A model generated the notes under the pieces. The model had not been told where the DNA came from and did not search any database. It worked only from the letters and a program-made list of their open reading frames with translations. From Treponemataceae bacterium (GTDB lineage: Bacteria; Spirochaetota; Spirochaetia; Treponematales; Rectinemataceae), in the NCBI GenBank assembly GCA_963667725.2, contig CAXXHO010000003.1:2208001-2272000 (forward strand): a stretch of DNA of 64,000 nt, read 5' to 3'. Below are positions 9,065 to 17,781 of this stretch, one piece after another (the stretch's first letter is position 1; each line of letters begins with the position of its first letter). Made by a program: the position numbers and the translations under genes.

Positions 9065-10309
9065 TTATTTCTTGAAGGGCGCGTAGTAGGTGGCGATGCC
9101 TTCCTGAACTTGCTTGGCGACTTCGGCGGCGTCGAACTTGCCGGCCATGAAGCCCTGGAGAGCGGCCTGGATCAGCACGGATCCCGTAGGCTGCTGATAC
9201 CTGAAACCGACGAGCATGAGGTAGGGCGTGTTGTATTTCTGGAGCGAAAGGACCTTGGAAATATAGGGCGAGGTCGAAGTGTCGACGCCGGGGACGGCCG
9301 AGACTTGCTTCAGTTCCTTGATGAAGGCGTTGCCGGTATCCTTGCTGGCGAGGAAACGGAGGAACTTCGCGGCCGCGTCTTTGTTCTTGCCCGCGGCGTT
9401 CATGCTGAAGTTGCCGTCGGCGTAGACGGAAACGTAGTGCGGATCGCCCTTTTTGGCGACGGGAGCCGCGAACACGTCATACTCGAGCTTGGGGTTCTGG
9501 GCCGAGAAATAGCCAGCTTCGAAGCTGCCGCCGATGAAGTGGCCGGCGACCTCGTTGATGAAGGAGGACTGCGCGTCGGTATAGGCGACGCCCATGTAGA
9601 GGTCGGGCATGAAGGGCGTGAGTTCCTTGAGCTTGGCGATGGCGCCCACGAAACGCGGATCCTGGAAGGTGGTCTTGCCCGCCACGACAGCGTCGAAGAA
9701 ATCATTGGCGCCGTAGAAGTTGGGGCAGATCGATCCCATCATGACTTCGAGCGTCCATCCGTCCTTGCCGCCGTTGGCGAGGGGCTGGATTCCCGCTTTC
9801 TTCATGGCCTGGAGGTTGCCGATGAACTGATCCCAGGTCTCGGGCACGGAGAGGCCGAGTTCCTTGTACAGCGCCTTGTTGTAGAATACGAAGAGGGTCT
9901 GGCTGGCGAAAGGAACGCCGTAGATCTTCCCGTCCTTGATCGACGTGGCGCCGCGGAGCGGGCCTTTGTCGAAATTCTTGACGTCGGGAACCCATTTCTC
10001 GACGGGTTCAAGGAAGCCCGACTGGGCGAAGGTCTCGAGGCCACCGTAGGCGCGGCTCTGGAACACGTCAGGGCCCGAGCCGCCCGAAAGCGCCGCGGAG
10101 AGTATGGTGTTATAGTCGGTGCTCTTGTGGGCCGACTGGACAATCTTGACGCCTGGATTCGCTTTTTCGAATATGGCAATCAGCTTGTCGTAGGTTTCGA
10201 CGTCTTCGGGACGCCAGGTCCAGAAATTGATCGTGGTTTTCTGCGCGAAAACCGAGCTCAGGGCGAGAAGCGCGAGAAGTACCGCCACCGCCGTCCGTTT
10301 GAACTGCAT
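9065..10309 (-). CDS. Carbohydrate ABC transporter solute-binding protein (family 1)
   Basis: AGGAGG RBS; signal peptide MQFKR...VFAQ; GPDVF, IYGVPF and FYNKALY motifs. Confidence 0.9.
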   Translation of the reverse strand: MQFKRTAVAVLLALLALSSVFAQKTTINFWTWRPEDVETYDKLIAIFEKANPGVKIVQSAHKSTDYNTILSAALSGGSGPDVFQSRAYGGLETFAQSGFLEPVEKWVPDVKNFDKGPLRGATSIKDGKIYGVPFASQTLFVFYNKALYKELGLSVPETWDQFIGNLQAMKKAGIQPLANGGKDGWTLEVMMGSICPNFYGANDFFDAVVAGKTTFQDPRFVGAIAKLKELTPFMPDLYMGVAYTDAQSSFINEVAGHFIGGSFEAGYFSAQNPKLEYDVFAAPVAKKGDPHYVSVYADGNFSMNAAGKNKDAAAKFLRFLASKDTGNAFIKELKQVSAVPGVDTSTSPYISKVLSLQKYNTPYLMLVGFRYQQPTGSVLIQAALQGFMAGKFDAAEVAKQVQEGIATYYAPFKK

Positions 10310-10333
10310 AACCGCCTCCTGAAAATTCAAGCT

Positions 10334-10390
10334 TGAAATTCTATTACACGATATCATGGCAAAACCTGGCTGTAAAGAAATAATCTTTCA
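10334..10390 (-). promoter_or_regulatory. Promoter of the amino-sugar operon with two RpiR-like operator boxes
   Basis: Minus strand TTTACA-N17-TATCGT, flanked by 15-bp quasi-palindromes TGAAATTCTATTACA (10334-10348) and AGAAATAATCTTTCA (10376-10390). Confidence 0.5.
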
Positions 10391-10394
10391 GCTT

Positions 10395-10793
10395 TTACAT
10401 TGTCCTCGCCACGATGACATCGATGCCCGTGCCCAGGGCGTCGGCGACGGCCACCTGTCCGCGCCGCACGGGAAGTTCCATTTCAAGACCGTAGAGGAGC
10501 GTCAAAAGTTCGGGAATTCTCTCACGGGGAAAGGCCGCTTTCGTGCGAAGGGGGATGCGGCGCGGCCGGGAAAGATCCGCGGCGGCATCGATTGGCGCGG
10601 GGGCTTTCGCGATCGACGACGGCGCGACCTTGCAGGTGGCGGTCACGACGCGGCGGGGGGAGAGCATTTCCTCCCTCGCGTACTGCTCGCCGCGGGCGCA
10701 GCGGTTGCCGGTGACGGCTATGTCATTCTCCGAGAGTCGCTCGATGCTGAGGTGACAGCCCATCGGGCAGGTGATGCATATCATTTCGGTCAT
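10395..10793 (-). CDS. DUF1667 small Cys-rich protein (partner of GlpA-like oxidoreductase)
   Basis: CITCPMGC...VTGNRCARG...YAREE...PRRVVTAT; GGAG RBS before ATG 10793. Confidence 0.85.
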   Translation of the reverse strand: MTEMICITCPMGCHLSIERLSENDIAVTGNRCARGEQYAREEMLSPRRVVTATCKVAPSSIAKAPAPIDAAADLSRPRRIPLRTKAAFPRERIPELLTLLYGLEMELPVRRGQVAVADALGTGIDVIVARTM

Positions 10794-10844
10794 ATAGTGC
10801 TCCATTCCAAGCGCGGCCGCCGCTGCGCGGCGGCCGCGCGACTT

Positions 10845-12095
10845 TCAGACGATCGAAATTTCGACCTGGGCGTCCATGCCCGCCTGGGCGAATTCCTGGG
10901 GTCCAAGGCTCACCGTCAGCATCTCGGATGGCTGAACATGGGGTTTCTTGACGCTCTTGACGACCCGGCCGTCCACCTTCACTTCGAGGACGGCGCCGTT
11001 CTTGACGACCATGCTGCGCATGTACAGCTTGTTCTCCCGCTCGGGATCGACGCGCGCGGGGTTGACGTAGCGGACGTTCGGGCCGGTCTTGATCCGGAGT
11101 TCCTTCCTCGGGCGCTTGCCGGAAAGCCAGTCAGCCGTGAAGGAGCCGGCGCGGCGCGATTCCTCGGCCACGAAATCCACGAGGTCGTGCACGTGGAGGA
11201 CGTTGCCGCAGGCGAAGATACCGGGCACGCTGGTCATGAGGGTGGAATCGACCCAGGGGCCGTTCGTGGCGGGATTGAGCTCGACGCCGGCATTCTTCGA
11301 GAGCTCGTTTTCGGGCACGAGGCCGACCGACAGGAGGACGGTGTCGCAGGGGATTTTAAAACTTTTATCGAACATGAGGGCGCCGTTTTCGATGGGCGTC
11401 ACTTCCACGCCTTCGACCCTGTCCCGGCCATAGATTTCCGTGGTCAGGTGGGAAAGGTAGAGGGGAATGCCGAAATCGTTGAGACATTGGACGATGTTGC
11501 GCGTCAGCCCGCTGGGATAGGGCAGGATCTCGACGACGGCATGGACCTTGCAGCCTGCCCAGGTAAGCCTGCGCGCCATGATGAGGCCGATGTCGCCCGA
11601 TCCGATGACGACGACATCCTTGCCGGGAATGTAGCCCTCGATATTGACGAGACGTTGGGCGAGACCGGCGGTGAAGACGCCCGAGGGGCGCGAGCCGGGG
11701 ATCCTGATATTGCCGCGGTTGCGCTCCCTGCATCCCATGGCGAGGATGACTGCTCGCGCCTCTACGCGGACGACGCCCGAGGCTTTGGAGACGCAGTAAA
11801 CGATATGGCTGTCGCCCTCCTGCCGCAGATCGAGGACGGTGGCGCCGCAAAGCGCCGGGATGCCGAGAGCCGAGACTTTTTCCTGGACGCGTTGGGCGAA
11901 CTCGGGACCCGAGAGTTCCTCGTTGAACTCGATGAGGCCGAATCCGTTGTGGATGCACTGCATCAGTATGCCGCCCAACTCTTCTTCGCGCTCTATGATG
12001 ATGGCCGAATATCCCTTCGCCTTGAGCTCCGCCGCGGCGGACATGCCCGCCGCCCCGCCGCCGATGACGACGGTATCGTATCGCATCTGTTTCAT
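10845..12095 (-). CDS. FAD/NAD(P)-dependent pyridine nucleotide-disulfide oxidoreductase
   Basis: GGGAAG, GGILMQCIHNGFG, GSGDIGLIMARR and FACGNVLHVHDLVD motifs. Confidence 0.88.
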   Translation of the reverse strand: MKQMRYDTVVIGGGAAGMSAAAELKAKGYSAIIIEREEELGGILMQCIHNGFGLIEFNEELSGPEFAQRVQEKVSALGIPALCGATVLDLRQEGDSHIVYCVSKASGVVRVEARAVILAMGCRERNRGNIRIPGSRPSGVFTAGLAQRLVNIEGYIPGKDVVVIGSGDIGLIMARRLTWAGCKVHAVVEILPYPSGLTRNIVQCLNDFGIPLYLSHLTTEIYGRDRVEGVEVTPIENGALMFDKSFKIPCDTVLLSVGLVPENELSKNAGVELNPATNGPWVDSTLMTSVPGIFACGNVLHVHDLVDFVAEESRRAGSFTADWLSGKRPRKELRIKTGPNVRYVNPARVDPERENKLYMRSMVVKNGAVLEVKVDGRVVKSVKKPHVQPSEMLTVSLGPQEFAQAGMDAQVEISIV

Positions 12096-13522
12096 AATTC
12101 GCCCTTCAGGACGACGCTCGCGCCGCCACGCTTCGTCACTTCCCCGTAGCTCATGCCCGTCTCGCGCATGAGAATCTTGATGATCTTGTAGGTGCAGAAT
12201 CCGCCCTGGCAGCGGCCCATCTGGGCGCGCGTCACGTACTTTATGCCGTCAAGGGTCGTGTGCCCGGCGCGGATCGCCTGCACGATCTCCGCCTCGCTCA
12301 CCCGTTCGCAGCGGCAGACAATGTCGCCGTAGGCGGGGTCGTTCCTCACCTGCTCGTCCAGCTCGAAGGGCGAAAGATCGCGGGTCCTCGGCACCTTGCG
12401 CATGCAGGGCTCCCAGTCGGCCTTCTCGACGAGGCGCAAGCCCGTCTTTTTGAGTAGGTCCTTCACGTAGTCGCCTATCGCGGGGCTGGCCGTGAGTCCG
12501 GGTGACTGGATCGCCGCTACCTGAACGAAGTTGGGAACCTTGGCAGAAAGGTCGATGTAAAAATCGTCGCCGCATGCCGGCCGCAGCCCCGCGAAGCTCG
12601 TTATGACGTCGCTCTCCGATATCGTGGGAACCATGGTTCGCGCGCTGCGAAGTATTCCTTCGAGTTCCGCCCTCGTCGTGGCGAAGTCTTCCTTATCTTC
12701 GACGGTCGTGGCGGTGGGTCCTATGAGGACGGTGCCTTCCACCGTCGGAATGATGAGCATGCCCTTCGACACCGCCGTTGGAACCGGGAATATCACCCTG
12801 TTGGGTTTCGCCTTCGTCATCTTGTCGAGGAGGTAGTACTCGCCCTTGCGCGGCTTGATCGTGAACTCTTCGCCGCCGAAGGCTCTGGAAACGGCGTCGG
12901 CATAGAGGCCGGCCGAGTTGACCACATAGCGGGCGCGCACCTCCCTGCCGTCGGCGGCCTTCACCGCCCAAAGATCGCCCTCGCGTCGCGCCGATGCGAC
13001 GGCGAATTCGGTTAAAAGGGCTACGCCGTTCTTTCGCGCGTTCTCGACGAGGGAAAACACGAAGCGGTAGGGCTCGACGATGCCGCCCGAAGGCGCGTAG
13101 AGCCCGCCCACGGTATCGGGGCTCAGTTTTGGTTCGAGCTCGAGCATGCGCTCGCGCGAGCACATCTCGATGCCGATGACGCCGTTGTCGATGCCCTGCT
13201 GGTAGAGCTGCTCAATGGAACGCATCTCGTCCTCGTGGAGGGCGACGACCACGATGCCGCAGCGTTCGAAGGGAAAGTCCAGTTCGTTATGGAGGCGCTC
13301 GAACATGAGGGCGCCCTGGAGCTCAAGCCTGGCCTTCAGGTATTTTTTGTTGTCGTGAAACCCGCCATGGACGATGCCCGAGTTGGCCTTGCTCGTCCCG
13401 AGCGAAACGTCGATCTCCTTCTCGAGGAGGGCGACCTTCAGCTCGTACTGCGAGAGTTTGCGCGCGACATTGGCGCCGCAGACGCCAGCGCCGACGATGG
13501 CAACGTCGTAATACTCAGTCAT
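12092..13522 (-). CDS. FAD-dependent oxidoreductase with C-terminal BFD-like [2Fe-2S] domain (GlpA/LhgO-like; probable glycerol-3-phosphate dehydrogenase subunit)
   Basis: GAGVCG, GTSKANSGIVHGG, SPGLTASPAI, and CRCE...RAQMGRCQGGFC cluster motif. Confidence 0.85.
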   Translation of the reverse strand: MTEYYDVAIVGAGVCGANVARKLSQYELKVALLEKEIDVSLGTSKANSGIVHGGFHDNKKYLKARLELQGALMFERLHNELDFPFERCGIVVVALHEDEMRSIEQLYQQGIDNGVIGIEMCSRERMLELEPKLSPDTVGGLYAPSGGIVEPYRFVFSLVENARKNGVALLTEFAVASARREGDLWAVKAADGREVRARYVVNSAGLYADAVSRAFGGEEFTIKPRKGEYYLLDKMTKAKPNRVIFPVPTAVSKGMLIIPTVEGTVLIGPTATTVEDKEDFATTRAELEGILRSARTMVPTISESDVITSFAGLRPACGDDFYIDLSAKVPNFVQVAAIQSPGLTASPAIGDYVKDLLKKTGLRLVEKADWEPCMRKVPRTRDLSPFELDEQVRNDPAYGDIVCRCERVSEAEIVQAIRAGHTTLDGIKYVTRAQMGRCQGGFCTYKIIKILMRETGMSYGEVTKRGGASVVLKGEL

Positions 13523-13645
13523 GAAATGTTCCTTTGCTTTGCCCGACAGGGGTGTAGCGTAATGTACAGAGTCAGGATAGATTATTCTCCCACCGAAACG
13601 CAATGACACGGGGAGCGCCCGCCGCCTCCGCAGGAGAAAAATCGT

Positions 13646-14101
13646 TCACTGCTTGGCGTGCAGCGTCTGCTCGTATTCCATGATGCGCTCGATCTTGGGC
13701 GTCGAGGGGCCGTCCTTGAAGAAGGACTCTAGGTATGTTTTCACGATCGATTTAGCCAATTCCAGGCCAATGACCCGCGCGCCCATCGTGATGACCTTGG
13801 CATTGTTGCTCTTGGCCGCGCGTTCCGCCGAGTAAGTGTCGTGGCACTGCGCGGCCCGTATGCCAGGCACTTTATTGGCCGCGATTGCCATGCCAATACC
13901 GGTGCCGCAGATCAGGATTCCGCGATCCGCCCGTCCTTCGACAACTTCCTCGGCCACGCTCACCGCGATATCGGCGTAGATCACGGGCACCTCGCTGTAA
14001 CAGCCGCAATCCTTTACATCATGCTTCAAGCTCGCGATATATTCGGCGAGTTTATTCTTCAGTTCGAATCCGGCTTCGTCGCTGCCGATGGCGATTTTCA
14101 T
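13646..14101 (-). CDS. rpiB: Ribose-5-phosphate isomerase B / LacAB family sugar-phosphate isomerase
   Basis: IAIGSD, ICGTGIGMAIAANKVPGIRAA and SNNAKVITMGARVIG motifs. Confidence 0.88.
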   Translation of the reverse strand: MKIAIGSDEAGFELKNKLAEYIASLKHDVKDCGCYSEVPVIYADIAVSVAEEVVEGRADRGILICGTGIGMAIAANKVPGIRAAQCHDTYSAERAAKSNNAKVITMGARVIGLELAKSIVKTYLESFFKDGPSTPKIERIMEYEQTLHAKQ

Positions 14102-14140
14102 ACATTTCTCCTTGTTCGCGTAAACTGGGTTCGCGAATTT

Positions 14141-15052
14141 TCAACTGCCCGCGGCTGACGCCGCAGCTGTGGGGGCGGCGGTGGGCGCTATAGCTCCGAG
14201 CTCGGTCATGATCTCCAGGAAACGCGCCGGCTCGTCGGTGACGAACCAGGAAATGCCAAGATCGAGCAGCCGTGACAGATCCCTCGGCTCAAATATCTTG
14301 GGGTACACCTGGAAATCGATCCCCGCCGCGGCTGCCTCGGCGACTGCCTTGCGCAGGTAATCGGCATCCACCGCGTACTTCCAGCCCTTTCCAAGCGACA
14401 CAGGGTTCAGGTGCAGCTGAATCTGGTCGATGCCCGCGAAGCCCTCGCCCCGCGCGGCGTCGAATTTCTTCTTGATCTCGAAGGGAGTGCCGCCGCACCA
14501 GAGCAAGGTCTTTACTCCAGGCACGCGCGCCTTGATCTCGCGGCATTGGGCGATCGCGGGCGAGGATACGTAGACGCGCCCTTCCAGTCCGTAGGTTTGA
14601 ATAAGGACGGTAAGCCTCTCGAGCTCATTCGTCTTGAGGTCGAGGAAGATTGACCGCTCGGGGCGCCCCGCCATGCGGGCGAACACTTGCTCCAAGAGGG
14701 GCACGCGCTCAGCGGCATATTCGCTTGAAAACTTCGTACCGACGTCCACGTCCGCGATCGCCGCGTAGTCGAGCTTGTCTACGGAGGCCTTGAGGAGGGC
14801 GTTTGGCCCCGAGCCCGTACGCTCGAGGGTTCCGTCATGGAGGCATACGAAGACGCCGTCCCGCGTGGGTTGGATGTCCGCCTCGGGAATGCCGCCTAAG
14901 GACCAGGCGTATTCGAAAGCCACGATAGTGTTGTCGGGTCGATCGTTCAGTCCGCCACCGCGGTGGGCCATCCATCGGATATCGGCGGCGCCGGCGAGCC
15001 CGGCGCCCAGAAGAAGCAGCGCGGCGGCCGCAGCCAGGCGCTGGCGGCTCAT
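14141..15052 (-). CDS. Glycerophosphodiester phosphodiesterase (GDPD), with signal peptide
   Basis: Hydrophobic N-terminus; AHRGG, DNT, EADIQPTRDG...LHD and TDEP motifs. Confidence 0.85.
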   Translation of the reverse strand: MSRQRLAAAAALLLLGAGLAGAADIRWMAHRGGGLNDRPDNTIVAFEYAWSLGGIPEADIQPTRDGVFVCLHDGTLERTGSGPNALLKASVDKLDYAAIADVDVGTKFSSEYAAERVPLLEQVFARMAGRPERSIFLDLKTNELERLTVLIQTYGLEGRVYVSSPAIAQCREIKARVPGVKTLLWCGGTPFEIKKKFDAARGEGFAGIDQIQLHLNPVSLGKGWKYAVDADYLRKAVAEAAAAGIDFQVYPKIFEPRDLSRLLDLGISWFVTDEPARFLEIMTELGAIAPTAAPTAAASAAGS

Positions 15053-15906
15053 CGCCGGGCTCCAGCCGCCAGCCAGGCCTTAACCGCCGCCGAGAACCGC
15101 GCGGGCTCGTCGGTGGCGAACCAGCGGACGCCCAGGTCCAGAAGCGCCCGGATGTCAGAGTCGGCGAACTTCCACGGAAAAACCTCGAGATCCACGCCGG
15201 CATCGCGGCAACGGGCGAGGGCTCCGGCGAGAATGCGCGGCTCGACAGTGTAGCGCCACTCAAAAGAGTGCGGCGAGACCAGATCGGCTTTCTCGTTGAG
15301 GTGGAACTGAATCTGGGCGAGCCCCTGAAAGCCCGCGGCGGCCGAATCCTCGTATTTCGCCACGATATCGGCCCCCGATCCGCCCAGCCATTGCATGGTA
15401 TCGACAGACGGAAGTATTTTCCGCATCTCGGCGAGATTGGCGCGCTTGGGGCCGGCGACCCATATTCGCCCGTCGAGCCCATAGTCGGCGATCATCTTCG
15501 CCAGCTGCCCCAGGTCGATGTTCTTGCAGTCGAGATAGGCACGCTTGCGCGGGTCGGCCGCCATCGCGGCGAAAACCTCGGTCAGCAAGGGCACCCTGGC
15601 TCCCATGTACTTGGGATCGAACTTTGTCCCGGCGTCGAGGTCGGCGAACTGTTCGTAGCGCAGCTCGGTGACCGGGATATCGGCGATATCGTCAGGAGCG
15701 TTCGTCGTCCTGCGCAGCGTCGGATCGTGGAGACAAACGATCTTCCCGTCCGCCGTCAGGCGTATATCCAGCTCCGCCGCTCCCCCCAAATCCCAACCAT
15801 AACGGGCCGAAACCATGGTGTTGTCGGGACGCTCGACCCCGCCGCCGCCCCTGTGGGCTTGCCAGAACACAATGCCGCCGATACCCGCCATTCCTTCCGA
15901 TGTCAT
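15049..15906 (-). CDS. Glycerophosphodiester phosphodiesterase (GDPD), no signal peptide
   Basis: AHRGG, PDNT, ELDIRLTADG...LHD and TDEP motifs; start set at ATG 15906 after AAGGA RBS (the longer ORF overlaps the permease). Confidence 0.85.
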   Translation of the reverse strand: MTSEGMAGIGGIVFWQAHRGGGGVERPDNTMVSARYGWDLGGAAELDIRLTADGKIVCLHDPTLRRTTNAPDDIADIPVTELRYEQFADLDAGTKFDPKYMGARVPLLTEVFAAMAADPRKRAYLDCKNIDLGQLAKMIADYGLDGRIWVAGPKRANLAEMRKILPSVDTMQWLGGSGADIVAKYEDSAAAGFQGLAQIQFHLNEKADLVSPHSFEWRYTVEPRILAGALARCRDAGVDLEVFPWKFADSDIRALLDLGVRWFATDEPARFSAAVKAWLAAGARR

Positions 15907-15935
15907 ACTATGCTTCCTTTCGCTGTCGCCCGGCT

Positions 15936-16793
15936 TTAGCCTTTGATTCCCGAAGAGGCGACGCCATCGATAAAGTATTTCTGCACGAACATAAAGAGTA
16001 CCAGGATGGGGAAGGTCACGAAGCAGCACGCCGCCATCAACTGATTCCAGGTGGTTCCCCCGTCGTCGGCGAAGACCTTGAGCGCGATCTGCACCATCCT
16101 CAGCTTGTCGTTGTTGATGACGATAAGAGGCCAGAGGGTGCTGTTCCACTCGTCGATGAAGGACAGAAGGCCGACCGTGAGCGCCGTGGACTTGGCCAGC
16201 GGCAGGCCGATGGCGATGAGATATCGCATATCGCCACAGCCGTCGACCACCGCCGCGTCGTGGAGTTCGCTTGGCAGGGTAAGGAAAAACTGCCTGAACA
16301 TAAAGATCGAGAAGGCCCCTGTCATGCCCGGCACGATGAGCGCCCAATACGTGTTGACCCAGCCGAGCTGCTTGACGACCAGGTACTTCGCCACCAGGGT
16401 CGTCTCCTCGGGGATCATCATCATCCCGAGCACAAGGATCATGATCAGCTTGGAGCCCTTGAACTTGAAGGTAAGGGCGTAGCCCGCGAACGCCGAGAAG
16501 ACGATCTTGCAGAGCGGCACGACCGTGGCGATAAAGAATGTGTTCGCGAGGTACCTCGGCCAGTTCGCCGCTTTCCAGGCTTCGACAAAGGTCGAAATGA
16601 CCGGCTTGAGAGGGAAGACCGTCGGAGGATACTTGTAGACCTCCGTGACTTCCTTGAGCGCTGTCATGACCATCCAGATAATAGGATAGTTATAGATGAC
16701 GACCAGCGCGAGCAGCGCCGCGAAACCTACCAACTTCCATCCGCTCAGGCGCTTGCGCCGCGCGGCGCCGTTCGACGCGATTGCTGCGTTCAT
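15936..16793 (-). CDS. ABC transporter permease (UgpE-like)
   Basis: IFMFRQFFLTLPSELHDAAVVDG and WNSTLWPLI motifs. Confidence 0.88.
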   Translation of the reverse strand: MNAAIASNGAARRKRLSGWKLVGFAALLALVVIYNYPIIWMVMTALKEVTEVYKYPPTVFPLKPVISTFVEAWKAANWPRYLANTFFIATVVPLCKIVFSAFAGYALTFKFKGSKLIMILVLGMMMIPEETTLVAKYLVVKQLGWVNTYWALIVPGMTGAFSIFMFRQFFLTLPSELHDAAVVDGCGDMRYLIAIGLPLAKSTALTVGLLSFIDEWNSTLWPLIVINNDKLRMVQIALKVFADDGGTTWNQLMAACCFVTFPILVLFMFVQKYFIDGVASSGIKG

Positions 16794-17695
16794 TTGTAGT
16801 GCACCTTCTTTTCCCCGAACCTGAACTGGATGATGGTGAAAGCGAGGATGACGAGGAAGACGAAAACGGCTACCGCCGAGGCGTAGCCCATCCGGAAATT
16901 CTCAAAAGCTTCCTTATAAATATTGAGCACCAAAACTTCGGTGCTGCTCACCGGGCCGCCTTTCGTCATGACGAGGGGCGAAACCGAAACCTTGAGCGCC
17001 GAGATGATCTGGATGATCGTCACGAAGAAAGTGACAGGCGACAGGAGGGGAAGGGTTATGTTCCAGAACTTCTGCCATGGGCTGGCACCCTCCAGGGTAG
17101 CTGCCTCGTAGAATTCGGGGGAAATGTTCAAAAGGCCGGCAAGGAATATGACGCCGTTGTAGCCGACGCGTTTCCATATACCGACAATGAGGATGGCCGC
17201 CATCGCGCCGCCTTGGGGATCCTTGATCCAGCGCATCCAATGCGGCGCGGTATCGGGAGTTGTGAGACCCAGCGAGTAGATGAGGTAATTAAGGAAGCCT
17301 TGCTCGGGATTTAAGATCCAGCGCCAGATCAACGACGCCACAACCATGGAAATAACCACGGGCAGGAAAAAGGCGACACGAAAGAAGCCCCTGCCGACCG
17401 TCACGTATTTCAGGACCATGCCGACCAGGAGCCCGAGGATGATACAGCTCGGCACCGCCCAGAAAGCGTAGATAAACGTTACTTTCACCGAGTTCCAGAA
17501 GTCCGGATTGGCGAACATCTGCTGGTAATTCCGAAGTCCGATCCATTTTGGCGTCCCGAGCATGTTCCACTTAAGGAAAGAAACGCCCACGCTGAACAGG
17601 AGCGGGATATAGCTGAACGCGAAAATGAGAATGAGTGAAGGCGCGAGGGAAGCCGCGATAAAAACGCCCCTGGCGCGCGATGTAGGTATCGCCAC
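16790..17695 (-). CDS. ABC transporter permease (UgpA-like)
   Basis: WIGLRNY, EAATLEGA, TKGGP and GYASAVA motifs; GTG start. Confidence 0.88.
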   Translation of the reverse strand: MAIPTSRARGVFIAASLAPSLILIFAFSYIPLLFSVGVSFLKWNMLGTPKWIGLRNYQQMFANPDFWNSVKVTFIYAFWAVPSCIILGLLVGMVLKYVTVGRGFFRVAFFLPVVISMVVASLIWRWILNPEQGFLNYLIYSLGLTTPDTAPHWMRWIKDPQGGAMAAILIVGIWKRVGYNGVIFLAGLLNISPEFYEAATLEGASPWQKFWNITLPLLSPVTFFVTIIQIISALKVSVSPLVMTKGGPVSSTEVLVLNIYKEAFENFRMGYASAVAVFVFLVILAFTIIQFRFGEKKVHYK

Positions 17696-17712
17696 ATGAA
17701 CCTCTTATAGAA

Positions 17713-17763
17713 GGGGGCGCTTCGGGCTCCTGCGCGCATTCAGCGAAGGAGTCCGGAACGCCC
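17713..17763 (-). other. Intergenic stem-loop after the solute-binding protein gene
   Basis: GGGCG.TTCGGGCTCCT...AGGAGTCCGGAA.CGCCC imperfect inverted repeat. Confidence 0.5.
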
Positions 17764-17781
17764 TATCCTCGTCTCTTTCGA

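Noticed and set aside
15907..16347. N-terminal extension of the 432-aa GDPD ORF
   Set aside because: Overlaps the permease gene in another frame; an RBS and ATG at 15906 give a normal-length GDPD.
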